Below, piece by piece: positions 16,491 to 26,768 of a DNA stretch of 57,773 nucleotides. The DNA comes from Patescibacteria group bacterium (GTDB taxonomy: Bacteria; Patescibacteriota; Minisyncoccia; Minisyncoccales; JAHCRE01). The position numbers and the translations under genes were made by a program. Where the stretch lies: assembly GCA_020148025.1 (NCBI GenBank), contig JAHCRH010000003.1, positions 1-57,773 on the forward strand, given 5' to 3'. The notes beneath the pieces were generated by a model, which saw only the letters and a list, made by a program, of their open reading frames with translations, was not told the origin of the DNA and did no database searches. Each line of letters begins with the position of its first letter. Position 1 is the stretch's first letter.

Positions 16491-18467
16491 ATGACTCGCC
16501 AAAAAATTAAAACTAAAAAGAAAAGAAAAAAGAGGATAGTTCAAAAAAAGAAAAAAACAGAAACAACTTATCGGGCTAAGGATATTTATGTATTGAAAGG
16601 ATTGGAGCCAATCCGAAAAAGACCAGCCATGTATATTGGAACAACTGGATTAGAAGGATTGCACCATTTGGTTTGTGAGGCAGTCGGAAATGCAATCGAT
16701 GAGGCGATAATGGGTTATTGCTCAGAGATTAAAGTATCTTTGCTTCCTAGAAATGGGATTAAGGTGACTGATAATGGTCGGGGAATCCCGGTAGAGAAGC
16801 ATCCCCAAACAAAAAAGTCGGCTTTGGAAACAGTGATGACTACTCTGCATGCTGGAGCAAAATTTGGTGGAAAGGTTTATGCCTCGACCGGTGGACTTCA
16901 CGGAGTGGGAATTTCAGCGGTCTGCGCCCTCTCCAGTTTCTTAAGAACTGAAGTTTGTCGGTCAGGTTTTAAATATTATCAAGAATATTCTCGGGGAAAG
17001 GCAAAAACCAAGGTTAAAAAATTTGGCAAATCTAAGCAAACAGGAACTACCGTTATTTTTGAACCAGACCCTGAGATTTTTAAGGAAATAAAATTTGATT
17101 ATAAGAAAATCTTGAATTATTTACGTCGACAGGCCTATTTGACCAAGGGAGTAAAGATAACCTTTTCTGATCTTAGGGCTGAGGATAAAAAAACTTTCAC
17201 TTTTTATTTTGAAGGAGGTCTTGTTTCTTATGTTAAACATTTAACTCGAGGAGTCACTCCTCGCCACCCAAATATTTTTTATGGCTCAGGTGAGCGAAAT
17301 GGAATAATTACAGAAGCTGCCCTTCGATATACGAGTGAGTATGAATCTTTAGAGGAGAGCTTTGCTAATAATATTCTTACTTCAGAAGGCGGTAGCCATC
17401 TTACCGGTTTCAGGACTGCTCTAACCAGAACCTTAAATGATTACGCTAGGAAAAATAACCTTCTCAGAAAAGACGATGGTAATTTAACTGGTGAAGATGT
17501 TAAGGAGGGTTTAACTGGAGTAATCTCAATTAAAATAAGAGAACCTCAGTTTGAAGGTCAGACAAAGAAGAAATTGGGTAATACTGAGGCTAAGGCTGCG
17601 GTTGAAGCAATTGTTTCCGAGACTTTGTTTGATTTTTTAGAGAGAAATCCCCGGGATGCCAAAGTAATTATTGAAAATTGTATGTTAGCTCAAAAAGCCA
17701 GGAAGGCAGCCAGAGCAGCTAAAGAAACAGTGCTGAGAAAAGGGATTTTACAAGGATTAGCCTTGCCGGGAAAGTTAGCTGATTGCACTTCAAGAAAGCC
17801 CGAGGAAAGTGAATTATATATAGTAGAAGGCGAGTCAGCCGGAGGTTCGAGTCGTCGGGCAAGGGACCGTCATTTTCAGGCCATCTTACCTTTAAAAGGT
17901 AAGATTCTAAACGTGGAAAGAGCTCGGCTCGACAAGATTTTGACCTCAAAAGAAATTAAGTCATTAATTATTGCCCTGGGCACAGCGATTGCTGAAGATT
18001 TTAAATTAGAGAAGATAAGATATCACCGGATAATAGTCATGTGCGACGCAGATTCTGATGGAAATCACATCAAAACTTTACTTTTAACACTTTTTTATCG
18101 CTATTTCAAGCCAATAATTAAAGCCGGTTTCTTATATATTGCTCAGCCTCCTCTTTATAAAATTCAAACCGGCAAGCAAGTTGAATATGCTTATACTGAG
18201 GGTGATAAAGTGGAGATTTTAAGTTCGATGAAAGAAAAAAAAGCAGTAACTCCTTCTCTCCAACGTTATAAGGGTTTAGGTGAAATGAATCCGGAAGAAT
18301 TATGGGAGACAACTATGAGTCCTGAAAATCGGGTTTTATTAAAGGTAGAAATTGAAGATGCGAAGGAAGCCGACCGAATTTTTGACACTTTAATGGGAGA
18401 AGAAGTATTGCCCCGGAAGAGATTTATCCAGACTCATGCTAAAAAGGTAAAGAATTTAGACATTTAA
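16491..18467 (+). CDS. gyrB: DNA gyrase subunit B
   Basis: IRKRPAMYIG, DNGRGIP, GGLHGVG, VEGESAGG, QRYKGLGEMN. Confidence 0.96.
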   Translation: MTRQKIKTKKKRKKRIVQKKKKTETTYRAKDIYVLKGLEPIRKRPAMYIGTTGLEGLHHLVCEAVGNAIDEAIMGYCSEIKVSLLPRNGIKVTDNGRGIPVEKHPQTKKSALETVMTTLHAGAKFGGKVYASTGGLHGVGISAVCALSSFLRTEVCRSGFKYYQEYSRGKAKTKVKKFGKSKQTGTTVIFEPDPEIFKEIKFDYKKILNYLRRQAYLTKGVKITFSDLRAEDKKTFTFYFEGGLVSYVKHLTRGVTPRHPNIFYGSGERNGIITEAALRYTSEYESLEESFANNILTSEGGSHLTGFRTALTRTLNDYARKNNLLRKDDGNLTGEDVKEGLTGVISIKIREPQFEGQTKKKLGNTEAKAAVEAIVSETLFDFLERNPRDAKVIIENCMLAQKARKAARAAKETVLRKGILQGLALPGKLADCTSRKPEESELYIVEGESAGGSSRRARDRHFQAILPLKGKILNVERARLDKILTSKEIKSLIIALGTAIAEDFKLEKIRYHRIIVMCDADSDGNHIKTLLLTLFYRYFKPIIKAGFLYIAQPPLYKIQTGKQVEYAYTEGDKVEILSSMKEKKAVTPSLQRYKGLGEMNPEELWETTMSPENRVLLKVEIEDAKEADRIFDTLMGEEVLPRKRFIQTHAKKVKNLDI

Positions 18468-18558
18468 AAAAGCTTGACAGTAAAGGGCTCTTTAGCTAAG
18501 ATATAAAAAGAGCCCTGAGGGGCTTTTTAAAAAACAAATTAAAATTAGCAACAAATTT

Positions 18559-18759
18559 GTGCGAATCAGCAAATTCCCCAAAAAAATCATCGCTTTCTTA
18601 AAAGAAGTGAGATTGGAAATAAAAAAAGTTAACTGGCCTTCCAGAAAGGAGCTTTTTAAGAATACTCTAATTGTTATTGGTGTTTCCCTGGCATTAGCCA
18701 TATTCTTAGGCGGCCTAGATTTTCTATTCACCACCATATTAAATCAATTAGTCCTATAA
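18559..18759 (+). CDS. secE: Preprotein translocase SecE
   Basis: EIKKVNWPS plus one TM helix; upstream of nusG; start codon uncertain. Confidence 0.92.
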   Translation: MRISKFPKKIIAFLKEVRLEIKKVNWPSRKELFKNTLIVIGVSLALAIFLGGLDFLFTTILNQLVL

Positions 18760-18783
18760 TTTCCAACCGTTTTATGGCAAAAC

Positions 18784-18897
18784 GTCGCGGCACGCGACAC
18801 TCGCCTTCGGCGAGTGTGCTAACACCGCTCCTTAAAACCTTGCGGTTTTAATCTTTCCACCACGGGGAAACACCCAGTTTTCCCGATCCCTTTCTAA
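18784..18897 (+). mobile_element. ~114 nt multi-hairpin repeat (MITE-like), copy 2
   Basis: Matches 2974-3086 with compensatory stem changes; ATGGCAAAAC before it resembles the nusG start ATGCCAAAAC. Confidence 0.75.
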
Positions 18898-18913
18898 GTT
18901 TTGTCATATAAAT

Positions 18914-19459
18914 ATGCCAAAACAACAATTACCTCAAGAAAGAAATTGGTACGTTATTCACACCTATTCTGGATATGAAGATGCAGTAGCTAAAAATCTT
19001 AGACAAAGGATTGAGGCTTTAAGTATGGAAGATAAAATTTTTAATGTGATAGTTCCAAAAGAAAAAAAGATTAAAATAAAAGATGGTAAAAGAAAGATAG
19101 TTGAGGAAAAAATCTATCCAGGTTATGTTTTGGTTGAAATGATTGTCACCGATGATTCCTGGTATGTAGTTAGAAACACTCCTAACGTTACTGGTTTTGT
19201 TGGAGCAGGAACTATTCCTGTTCCAATTTCATCCAAAGAAGTTGAAGTTTTAAAAAAGAGAATGGGAGTTGAAGAGCCCCAATACAAAATTGAATTTCAA
19301 GTTGGAGATTCGGTAAAAATCATCGACGGGCTCTTTAAAGACTTTGATGGAAAAGTTTCAGAAATTGATGAAGAGCGAGGAAAGGTTAAAGTTTTAGTTA
19401 ATATGTTTGGCCGGGACACCCCTGTTGAGTTAGACTCGCTACAAATTAAGAAACTATGA
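18914..19459 (+). CDS. nusG: Transcription factor NusG
   Basis: [33 protein letters not shown] domain, [10 protein letters not shown]. Confidence 0.98.
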   Translation: MPKQQLPQERNWYVIHTYSGYEDAVAKNLRQRIEALSMEDKIFNVIVPKEKKIKIKDGKRKIVEEKIYPGYVLVEMIVTDDSWYVVRNTPNVTGFVGAGTIPVPISSKEVEVLKKRMGVEEPQYKIEFQVGDSVKIIDGLFKDFDGKVSEIDEERGKVKVLVNMFGRDTPVELDSLQIKKL

Positions 19460-19875
19460 AAAAAATCAAGGCAAAAATAAAATTACGGATTCCTGCTGGT
19501 CAAGCCACTCCTGCTCCTCCGGTTGGCCCGGCTTTAGCCCCCCACGGTTTAAATATTGCTGAGTTTTGCCAGAAGTTTAACGAAAAGACCAAAGATCAGA
19601 AAGGCTTTACAATACCTGTTGAAATTACTATTTTTGGAGATAAATCTTATGAGTTTAGATTAAAGACTTCGCCTGCTTCTGAGCTCTTAAAAAAGGCGGC
19701 CGGTCTTGAGAAAGGCTCGGGGACACCAAATAAAATTAAAGTTGGAAAGGTTAGTCGAGTGCAGCTTCGGGAAATTGCCAAAAAGAAAATGGAAGATTTA
19801 AATACTCAAGATTTAGAAAAAGCGATGAAAATAATCGAGGGCACAGCAAAGAATATGGGGATAGAGATAGAATAG
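19456..19875 (+). CDS. rplK: 50S ribosomal protein L11
   Basis: [25 protein letters not shown]. Confidence 0.98.
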   Translation: MKKIKAKIKLRIPAGQATPAPPVGPALAPHGLNIAEFCQKFNEKTKDQKGFTIPVEITIFGDKSYEFRLKTSPASELLKKAAGLEKGSGTPNKIKVGKVSRVQLREIAKKKMEDLNTQDLEKAMKIIEGTAKNMGIEIE

Positions 19876-19950
19876 GATGTTTTTAGAACTTTGATTTAAC
19901 GGACCTTTTAGATATTATTATTAAGTGATGTATAATGTTATAATATCTTT

Positions 19951-20538
19951 ATGATTCTTTCTGACCGCGACATAAAAAAATACATTAAAGAAGGCAAGAT
20001 TAAAATCACGCCAAAACCAGATTTCAAAGAGCAATTGGGGCCGTGTTCTTTGGATTTACATCTGGGAAATATTTTTAAAACCTTTAAGCCCTCCCAATAT
20101 CCTTATTTGGATCCAAGAAGAAAAATTGATTTTGAAGAAATTATGGAAGAAATAGAGATTGAAGATAATGCTCCTTTTATTTTGCAACCAAAAGGCTTTG
20201 TTTTAACTACGACAAAGGAAGAATTTTCTTTAAGTGATGACTTAATGGCAAGGCTTGATGGGAGATCTACTTTGGCAAGGCTTGGACTAGTGGTTCATTT
20301 AACAGCAGCTCGATTTGATCCTGGCTGGAAAGGAAAAGCGGTGATGGAGCTCGGCAACATGGGAACCATGCCAGTTATTTTATATGCGGCAGTGACCAGA
20401 ATTTGCGCTTTAACTTTTGAGACCTTATCCAGCCCAGCTGAAATTCCTTATTTAAAACAAAAGGATCACAAGTATGCTAAACCTAAGTCTCCCCAAGCGA
20501 GTAAAATAAATCAAGAGATTGGGAAGAAAACAAGATGA
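19951..20538 (+). CDS. dcd: dCTP deaminase
   Basis: MILSDRDI, SLDLHLG, GRSTLARLGL, DPGWKG. Confidence 0.93.
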   Translation: MILSDRDIKKYIKEGKIKITPKPDFKEQLGPCSLDLHLGNIFKTFKPSQYPYLDPRRKIDFEEIMEEIEIEDNAPFILQPKGFVLTTTKEEFSLSDDLMARLDGRSTLARLGLVVHLTAARFDPGWKGKAVMELGNMGTMPVILYAAVTRICALTFETLSSPAEIPYLKQKDHKYAKPKSPQASKINQEIGKKTR

Positions 20539-22145
20539 AGCCCCGTTTAATCTCAGACTTAAATGTAAAAATTTTAGGAATAATTCCTGTTTTAAAAGAT
20601 AAAACAGGAATTTTAAATCCCCAGCAAATTGTTTCACTTTCTGGTCTTTTAACATATAAAGGTAAATCAATAAAGGCTATTTTCGAGGGGATTAAAAAGA
20701 AAAATAAAAATTTAAATAAAATAGTCAAGGATGTCTTACAGAAATCTTCCCTGATCGGTCATGCTTCAATTGCCACTACTCCTTCTTTTTGCTTGAACTA
20801 TGAGGGAAGTAAGTTTTTAGATTCAGCTTTGACTGGGATATACTTTTCTTCTTCTTTGGTTTCTTCTGGGAGGAGAACAGAAACCGGCGAAGAAGATATT
20901 GTTTTTCCAAATCAAATATTTTCTAACAAAAAAGCAAAAGAAATTTATCAAAATATTTCAAGAAAAATTATTAATTTTTTTAATTTCCTTTTGTCTCAAG
21001 GTATTCCAAAAGATGAGGCAAGTAAGATTTTACAATACGGAATTTACGGCACTGGTGTAATTCAATTGCCAATCGAATCAATAGTGCTGGTGAAGAGAGA
21101 ATATGAGAACGAAAAGGAATGGATGCCAGAAGAAATTGGAATTTTGCTTAAAGAAATTGAAAAAAAATTAAGGAATTTAGGAATAGATTTGATTTATGCC
21201 TCTAGAGAATCAGCACCAAGAAACCTCTATCCTTACCCGAACATCTTTAAAGATCCGGAGAAATCAAACCTGACCAGAGAGCTTCGAAAAAAAATAAAGT
21301 TGGAAAAGGGGACAAAGTTGATTTCAATGGATATCTTGCCAACTTCGGGCTTGAGGAAAAGATTGAAAAAGTTACAGCAGCTTACTGAAAAAACATTTCG
21401 TTCATTAAAACAGATTAAAAAGGATTGGCAGAGACTTCTCATTTTTCGTCAGGAAATTTTTAGGGATTATAATGAAGCTGTGAGATTTAAAGTTTTGTCT
21501 TCGGTTCCCTGGCGAGTTTGGGGAGAAAAAAAGAGGCACCGGACTTGCCCTCAGATTATAGAGTCAATATACTTTTGCATTGAAAGAGCGGCTAAAAGAT
21601 TTGACAAATTTAAAAATCAAATTAAAAGAAAAGAAATCAATAAAAAATTGGTGAAGGAAATAGAAGAAATTTTCTCCGTTCCTCCCTCTGTCAAGCGAAA
21701 CCCAGAATTTTTATTAAGATATCTTTCTGTTGCCCAAGAGGCATTTAAGGGATATCAAAACCTGATTAAATTAAAAATTAAGCCAAGAAATGCGATTTTT
21801 TTAATTCCAAGGGCAGTAAAGATCGATATTCTGCAAGAATATGATTTATACAATCTTCTAACTGGATATTACCCTTTACGGCTTTGCCCAACTGCAGAAG
21901 AAGAGATGAAAAGAAAAACCGTAAAAGAGGTTTTCCAAATTAAAAGAGCTCTAACTAAAAGGGGATACGGCTGGTTAAATAAATTTATTGGGCCAAAATG
22001 CGAAACTATTGGATTTTGCCCTGAAGAAAAAAGCTGCTTCCATATTAAAAAATTGGTTAAAAAATATAACAAAAACTTTCATCAGAAGATGAAGGTTGAG
22101 CTGAAAAAGAAATTTGAGAAAAAATTAAAGAATTTGAGAAAATGA
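20535..22145 (+). CDS. Long FAD-dependent thymidylate synthase (ThyX-like, probably tandem domain)
   Basis: GHASI, RHR-x7-S (RHRTCPQIIES), LRLCPTAEEEM, GPKC..GFCPE; lies in a dcd-glyA-tmk cluster. Confidence 0.7.
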   Translation: MKPRLISDLNVKILGIIPVLKDKTGILNPQQIVSLSGLLTYKGKSIKAIFEGIKKKNKNLNKIVKDVLQKSSLIGHASIATTPSFCLNYEGSKFLDSALTGIYFSSSLVSSGRRTETGEEDIVFPNQIFSNKKAKEIYQNISRKIINFFNFLLSQGIPKDEASKILQYGIYGTGVIQLPIESIVLVKREYENEKEWMPEEIGILLKEIEKKLRNLGIDLIYASRESAPRNLYPYPNIFKDPEKSNLTRELRKKIKLEKGTKLISMDILPTSGLRKRLKKLQQLTEKTFRSLKQIKKDWQRLLIFRQEIFRDYNEAVRFKVLSSVPWRVWGEKKRHRTCPQIIESIYFCIERAAKRFDKFKNQIKRKEINKKLVKEIEEIFSVPPSVKRNPEFLLRYLSVAQEAFKGYQNLIKLKIKPRNAIFLIPRAVKIDILQEYDLYNLLTGYYPLRLCPTAEEEMKRKTVKEVFQIKRALTKRGYGWLNKFIGPKCETIGFCPEEKSCFHIKKLVKKYNKNFHQKMKVELKKKFEKKLKNLRK

Positions 22146-22681
22146 TTTTGGGAGTAAAAAAAATTTTAAAATTGGTTAAGGAAAAAAAAATGGTGGAGAA
22201 TTTATCTAAGAGGGAATTGAAGAATCCTGAAGGAGCTGGTTTGGATTTTAGGATAGGGGAGATTTATGAGGTTTCTGGAAAAGGCTTTTTAGGGGTTGAA
22301 GAAAGGGAAACTCCAAAAATTAAATTACTGGCAAAGTATAACCCGAAGAAAAAGAAAACTTTTGCTTTTAAACCAGAAAAATATTATTTAATGAAAACCA
22401 TAGAGCGGGTGAATACTCCAGAAAATATTTTAATTTTATTTCGGCCCAGGTCGACTTTATATAGATCAGGAATGATGATTTTCAGTGGGAACGTATCGCC
22501 AGGTTACAAAGGAGAATTAACTTTTGGAATTGCCAATCTTGGTCAATGCGAGGTTAAGATTGAATTGGGGGCAAGGGTCGTTCACGCCATGTTTTTTGAA
22601 ATTAAAGGAAAAACAAACTTGTATCGAGGCCAGTGGCAAGGGGGGAGAGTTTCTACTATAAAAAAAGAAAAACAAATTTAA
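22142..22681 (+). CDS. Trimeric dUTPase / dCTP deaminase family protein
   Basis: PRSTLYRSG, PGYKGEL, YRGQWQG. Confidence 0.85.
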   Translation: MILGVKKILKLVKEKKMVENLSKRELKNPEGAGLDFRIGEIYEVSGKGFLGVEERETPKIKLLAKYNPKKKKTFAFKPEKYYLMKTIERVNTPENILILFRPRSTLYRSGMMIFSGNVSPGYKGELTFGIANLGQCEVKIELGARVVHAMFFEIKGKTNLYRGQWQGGRVSTIKKEKQI

Positions 22682-22682
22682 A

Positions 22683-23921
22683 ATGAAAAAATTATTAAGT
22701 TTACTCAAAAAACATCAGGAATGGCGGGGAAATTGTATAAACTTAATTGCTTCAGAGAATGCAATGTCACCAATAGCTGAGAGAGTTTATCTTTCTGATT
22801 TAATGCACAGATATGCAGAAGGTCTTCCATTCAAAAGATATTATCAAGGATTAAAATATTTTGATGAAATCGAAAATAAAGTAATCGAAGAATTTAAAAA
22901 GCATTTTAAAGCAAATTTTGTTGATGTTCGTCCAATTTCTGGAACCTCGGCAAATTTGGCTACTTTTTCTACTCTAGCGAGAAAAGGAGATAAAATTTTA
23001 ACTTTGGGAATTCAAGGGGGTTCTCATGTTTCTCATGAGCCACCTGGGGCAGCAGGGATTTTAGGGCTCAAAGTTTTTCATTTTGATTTCAATAAGAAAA
23101 TTTTAAACATTGATTTAGAGCAGGCAAGAAAGAAAATTTTGAAAATAAAGCCAAAATTTATTATCCTCGGGGGTTCAGTAATTTTATTTCCTCAACCAGT
23201 AAAAGAATTAAAAAGAATCTGTCAAAAAACTAAAACAAAAATAATTTATGATGCTGCCCATGTTTTTGGCTTAATTTGCGCTGGTTTCTTTCAAAACCCT
23301 TTAAAAGAGGGAGCAGATATTATAACCTCTTCCACTCATAAAACTTTTCCCGGGCCTCAGGGAGGAATAATTTTGGGAAATATTGATAACGACCTCCAAA
23401 AGAAAATTCAAAAAAAGGTTTTTCCAGGAGTTTTATCTAACCATCACCTCCACAGAATTCCAGCTCTTTATTTAACTTTACTGGAAATGAAGAAATTCGG
23501 GAAAAGTTATGCGAGACAAATTATTAAAAATGCAAAAACTTTAGCTAAAGAACTTTACAATTTTGGTTTTGACGTTTTAGGAAAAGAAAAAGGATTTACT
23601 CAAAGTCATCAGGTGGTAGTTGATGTTAGAGAAAATGGAGGAGGAGATTTCGTAGCTAAGCGATTGGAAAGAGCCAATATTATTTTAAATAAAAATGTTC
23701 TCCCCGGTGAGGAAAAAGTAGATGTAATACATCCAGGGGGTCTTAGGATTGGAGTTCAAGAAATGACCAGATTCGGAATGAAGGAAAAAGAAGTGAAACA
23801 AATTGCTAAATTTATGAAAGAAGTAGTTTTAGACAAAAAAAGTCCGGAAAAAATAAAAAGAAAGGTAATTAAATTCAGAAGAAATTTCAAAAAAGTAAAA
23901 TATCGTTTTAAAATCTCATAA
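22683..23921 (+). CDS. glyA: Serine hydroxymethyltransferase (archaeal-like motifs)
   Basis: NLIASEN, RYAEG..RYYQG, YDAAH, SSTHKTFPGPQGG, SNHHLH. Confidence 0.95.
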   Translation: MKKLLSLLKKHQEWRGNCINLIASENAMSPIAERVYLSDLMHRYAEGLPFKRYYQGLKYFDEIENKVIEEFKKHFKANFVDVRPISGTSANLATFSTLARKGDKILTLGIQGGSHVSHEPPGAAGILGLKVFHFDFNKKILNIDLEQARKKILKIKPKFIILGGSVILFPQPVKELKRICQKTKTKIIYDAAHVFGLICAGFFQNPLKEGADIITSSTHKTFPGPQGGIILGNIDNDLQKKIQKKVFPGVLSNHHLHRIPALYLTLLEMKKFGKSYARQIIKNAKTLAKELYNFGFDVLGKEKGFTQSHQVVVDVRENGGGDFVAKRLERANIILNKNVLPGEEKVDVIHPGGLRIGVQEMTRFGMKEKEVKQIAKFMKEVVLDKKSPEKIKRKVIKFRRNFKKVKYRFKIS

Positions 23922-23976
23922 TCCCTGTCAACTTGACAGGGATTTTTCTTTTTGAAAAATCCGATATAATTAAGAT

Positions 23977-24615
23977 ATGAGGAAGAATCCTTACGCTGGT
24001 CAGTTTATTGTTTTTGAGGGGATTGAAGGAGCAGGAGGTGAAACTCAAAGCAAATTGTTATTTGACTTCTTTAAAGAACAAGGAAAGCAGGTCAAAAGAT
24101 TATCTTATCCTGATAACAAAGGACCAATCGGAGAATTGATTCATCGATTTCTTCATCGAGAATATGAGTTCTCACCCCGAGTTCAATTTTTACTCTATTT
24201 TTTGGATTTCTTAAAAGATAAACAAAAAATTGAAAAATGGCAAAGAGAAAAAATGGTTATTATTTCGGATAGATATTTTACTTCAACCTTGGCTTATCAA
24301 TGTGCTCAAAGCTTTCCCTTACAAGATGCTCTCAATATTGCTCAAATTTTTGAACTCCCCAAGCCAGATTTAGTAATTTATCTTAAGATTTCACCCAAAA
24401 CAGGAATTCAGAGAAAACTGAAAGAGAAAAATAATTTAGATAGACATGAGTCGAGTAAACAATTTATTGAAAGCGTGGCAGATTTTTATGAAAAATTGAT
24501 TAAAAATCAAATTTACAGTAAATGGGTGGTGGTAAGTGGGGAGAGAAGTATTAAGGAAGTATTTGAAGAAATTAAATTACAACTGAATTTTTTATATGAA
24601 AAACGTCGAGATTGA
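23977..24615 (+). CDS. tmk: Thymidylate kinase
   Basis: FIVFEGIEGAGGETQ (divergent P-loop), SDRYFTSTLAYQ, PKPDLVIYL. Confidence 0.88.
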   Translation: MRKNPYAGQFIVFEGIEGAGGETQSKLLFDFFKEQGKQVKRLSYPDNKGPIGELIHRFLHREYEFSPRVQFLLYFLDFLKDKQKIEKWQREKMVIISDRYFTSTLAYQCAQSFPLQDALNIAQIFELPKPDLVIYLKISPKTGIQRKLKEKNNLDRHESSKQFIESVADFYEKLIKNQIYSKWVVVSGERSIKEVFEEIKLQLNFLYEKRRD

Positions 24616-25144
24616 AGTCCGGAGTTTTATTACCAAAGAAGAATACAAAAGACTGCTTAAAAAATTTAATAAAAAAGCTAAATTTGTTAATTCAATAAAA
24701 GAAGAAACTGTTTACTTTAGTCTCAATGATAAAAAAGATCTCCGTCTTCGGTGCAATGAAAAAGAAGCCTTTCTTATTTTAAAGAAAGGAAAAATTCACG
24801 ACAATATTCGCCAAGAATTAAAGATAAGATTTGCCAGAGAAGACTTCGCAAAGCTCGAGGAGTTATTAAAAGCAATAGGTTTTAGGGCAAGAGTGAAATG
24901 GTTTCGTAAACGTCGAGTCTACTTATGGGACAAAATAAAAGTATTTCTTGACGACACAAAAAGTTATGGTTTTATCATTGAGTTGGAGAAAATTGGGAGA
25001 GCGGGGGAGGCAAAAAAGATTTATAAAAATTTAAAAAATAAGTTAAAATCTTTGGGGATAAAAATTACTCCCAAAAAGGTCTTTGATGAAAAATTTAAAT
25101 ACTATAAAGATAATTGGGAAAAAATTCTAAATTATATTAAATAA
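24596..25144 (+). CDS. CYTH-domain protein
   Basis: N-terminal EIEVR, LRLR, KRRVY, IELEK. Confidence 0.85.
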   Translation: MKNVEIEVRSFITKEEYKRLLKKFNKKAKFVNSIKEETVYFSLNDKKDLRLRCNEKEAFLILKKGKIHDNIRQELKIRFAREDFAKLEELLKAIGFRARVKWFRKRRVYLWDKIKVFLDDTKSYGFIIELEKIGRAGEAKKIYKNLKNKLKSLGIKITPKKVFDEKFKYYKDNWEKILNYIK

Positions 25145-25196
25145 ATCAATAGGTGACTGTCACCATGAAGAAAGTTGTTGGTAAATTTTCAAAATC

Positions 25197-25859
25197 GTGC
25201 CAAATATGAATATTGCTAAGATCATTGATCACACTAACATAAAAGCCGACGCTACGGCGGAAAAAATAAAAAAGACTTGTCAGGAAGCCAAAAAATATAA
25301 CTTTCGAGGGGTTTGTATTAATCCAAATTGGGTAAAATTAGCAAAAAAAGAATTAAAAGATACTAACATTAAAGTTGTGGTTTTAGTTGATCCACCAATG
25401 GGAATTTCCCCTCATTCAAAAAGAATGAAAATCTGCCGGCGAGCTAAAAGAGATGGAGCTGATGAGTTGGATGTGGTGATGAATATCGTTGAGTTAAAAT
25501 ATCAAAGACATAAAAAGGTCTTGAAAGATTTAAAAGAAATTTCAAAAATTTTACCAACAAAAGTAATTATTGGCTCTGGTTTCTTAACCGATACTGAAAT
25601 CGAAAAGGCCTCTCAAATCGTTAAAAAATCTGGAGCTTTCTGTGTAAAAACCGCTACCGAAAGAGATCCCTTAGATAGATTTGAATTAAAAGAGAAAACC
25701 AAACATTTAAAAATTATGAGAAAATCAGCTCCCGGTCTTCTAATTAAAGCAGCAGGCTCTATCAGGACTTTGAAGGATTTAAAAATGATGTTAAAAGCCG
25801 GCGCAGACGTCATTGGAACAAGCTCAGGCGTGGAGATTATAAAAGAAGCTCAGAAATAA
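25197..25859 (+). CDS. deoC: Deoxyribose-phosphate aldolase (divergent)
   Basis: IDHTNI, GADELDVVMN, VKTAT, IKAAGSIRT, IGTSSG. Confidence 0.88.
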   Translation: MPNMNIAKIIDHTNIKADATAEKIKKTCQEAKKYNFRGVCINPNWVKLAKKELKDTNIKVVVLVDPPMGISPHSKRMKICRRAKRDGADELDVVMNIVELKYQRHKKVLKDLKEISKILPTKVIIGSGFLTDTEIEKASQIVKKSGAFCVKTATERDPLDRFELKEKTKHLKIMRKSAPGLLIKAAGSIRTLKDLKMMLKAGADVIGTSSGVEIIKEAQK

Positions 25860-25865
25860 TTCCTT

Positions 25866-26752
25866 GGGGTCTGACCCTGTGGAAATTTCATATGAAAAAA
25901 CAAAGAGCCTTCACCCTAATTGAGCTTTTAGTAGTCATTGCTATTATCGGTCTTATAGCCAGCATCGTTTTGGTGAGTTTGAAAGGAGCGAGACAAAGAG
26001 CTAGAATTGCCGCCGCCTTACAGTTTTCAGATTCTCTAAGAGCCTCTTTATCTGATGCTCTTGTGAGCTGGTGGAATTTCAATGAAGGAGCAGGAGGTGC
26101 AGTTGGAGATACTTGGGGAGGAAATAATGGGACAATATTTGGTGCCACCTGGACAAAAGGAGTAGCAGGAGATGCTTTGAGTTTTGATGGAGATGATTAT
26201 GTTTCCATTCCCAATGTTCCAGATTTTAATTTGTATGACTTTACTCTTGAGGCCTGGGTTAAAACAAGTTATGCTGGCACAATAATATCAAGGGGTCAGT
26301 TCATGACTTTTTATAATTTATATATTAATGAAGGAGGAAGTCACCATGGAAAAGCATCATTTGCTCTATTTGGTGGTGATCTCATTAATCTACATGGTTC
26401 TTTGGTAAACGATGGAACCTGGCACCATCTAGTAGGGACTTTTGAGCAGGCAACACATACAGTAAGGTTGTATGTTGATGCAGAACTGGTTGATTCTGAT
26501 ACTAATATGAATGTGACAAATCCAAATGGAGCATCCAACCTTTTTATAGAAAAGGAAGCTGCTTGGTGGGCTTTGGGAGAATGGATGGTGGGAGAGATCG
26601 ACGAGCCTCGCATTTACAACCGTTCCCTCACTGCCTTAGAAATTCAAAAAAGATATGTTGAAGGATTAAAGAAATTTAAGTTAGTTAAAGAATAAATCGC
26701 CACGGGGTCTTGACCCCGCGGGATCAAAAAATGTCCGGGGTCAGACCCCGGA
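25866..26752. repeat. GGGGTC-n-GACCC(C) REP-like palindromes flanking the pilin-LamG gene
   Basis: Copies at 25866-25877, 26700-26721 and 26734-26752. Confidence 0.7.
25892..26695 (+). CDS. Prepilin-type N-terminal domain plus LamG-like domain protein
   Basis: AFTLIELLVVIAI, FTLEAWVK, WHHLVGT, IDEPRIYNRSL. Confidence 0.9.
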   Translation: MKKQRAFTLIELLVVIAIIGLIASIVLVSLKGARQRARIAAALQFSDSLRASLSDALVSWWNFNEGAGGAVGDTWGGNNGTIFGATWTKGVAGDALSFDGDDYVSIPNVPDFNLYDFTLEAWVKTSYAGTIISRGQFMTFYNLYINEGGSHHGKASFALFGGDLINLHGSLVNDGTWHHLVGTFEQATHTVRLYVDAELVDSDTNMNVTNPNGASNLFIEKEAAWWALGEWMVGEIDEPRIYNRSLTALEIQKRYVEGLKKFKLVKE

Positions 26753-26768
26753 AAATTAGTAATTTAAT

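Noticed and set aside
23922-23942. TCCCTGTCAA/TTGACAGGGA inverted repeat as an element end
   Set aside because: Explained as a glyA terminator overlapping the tmk -35 box
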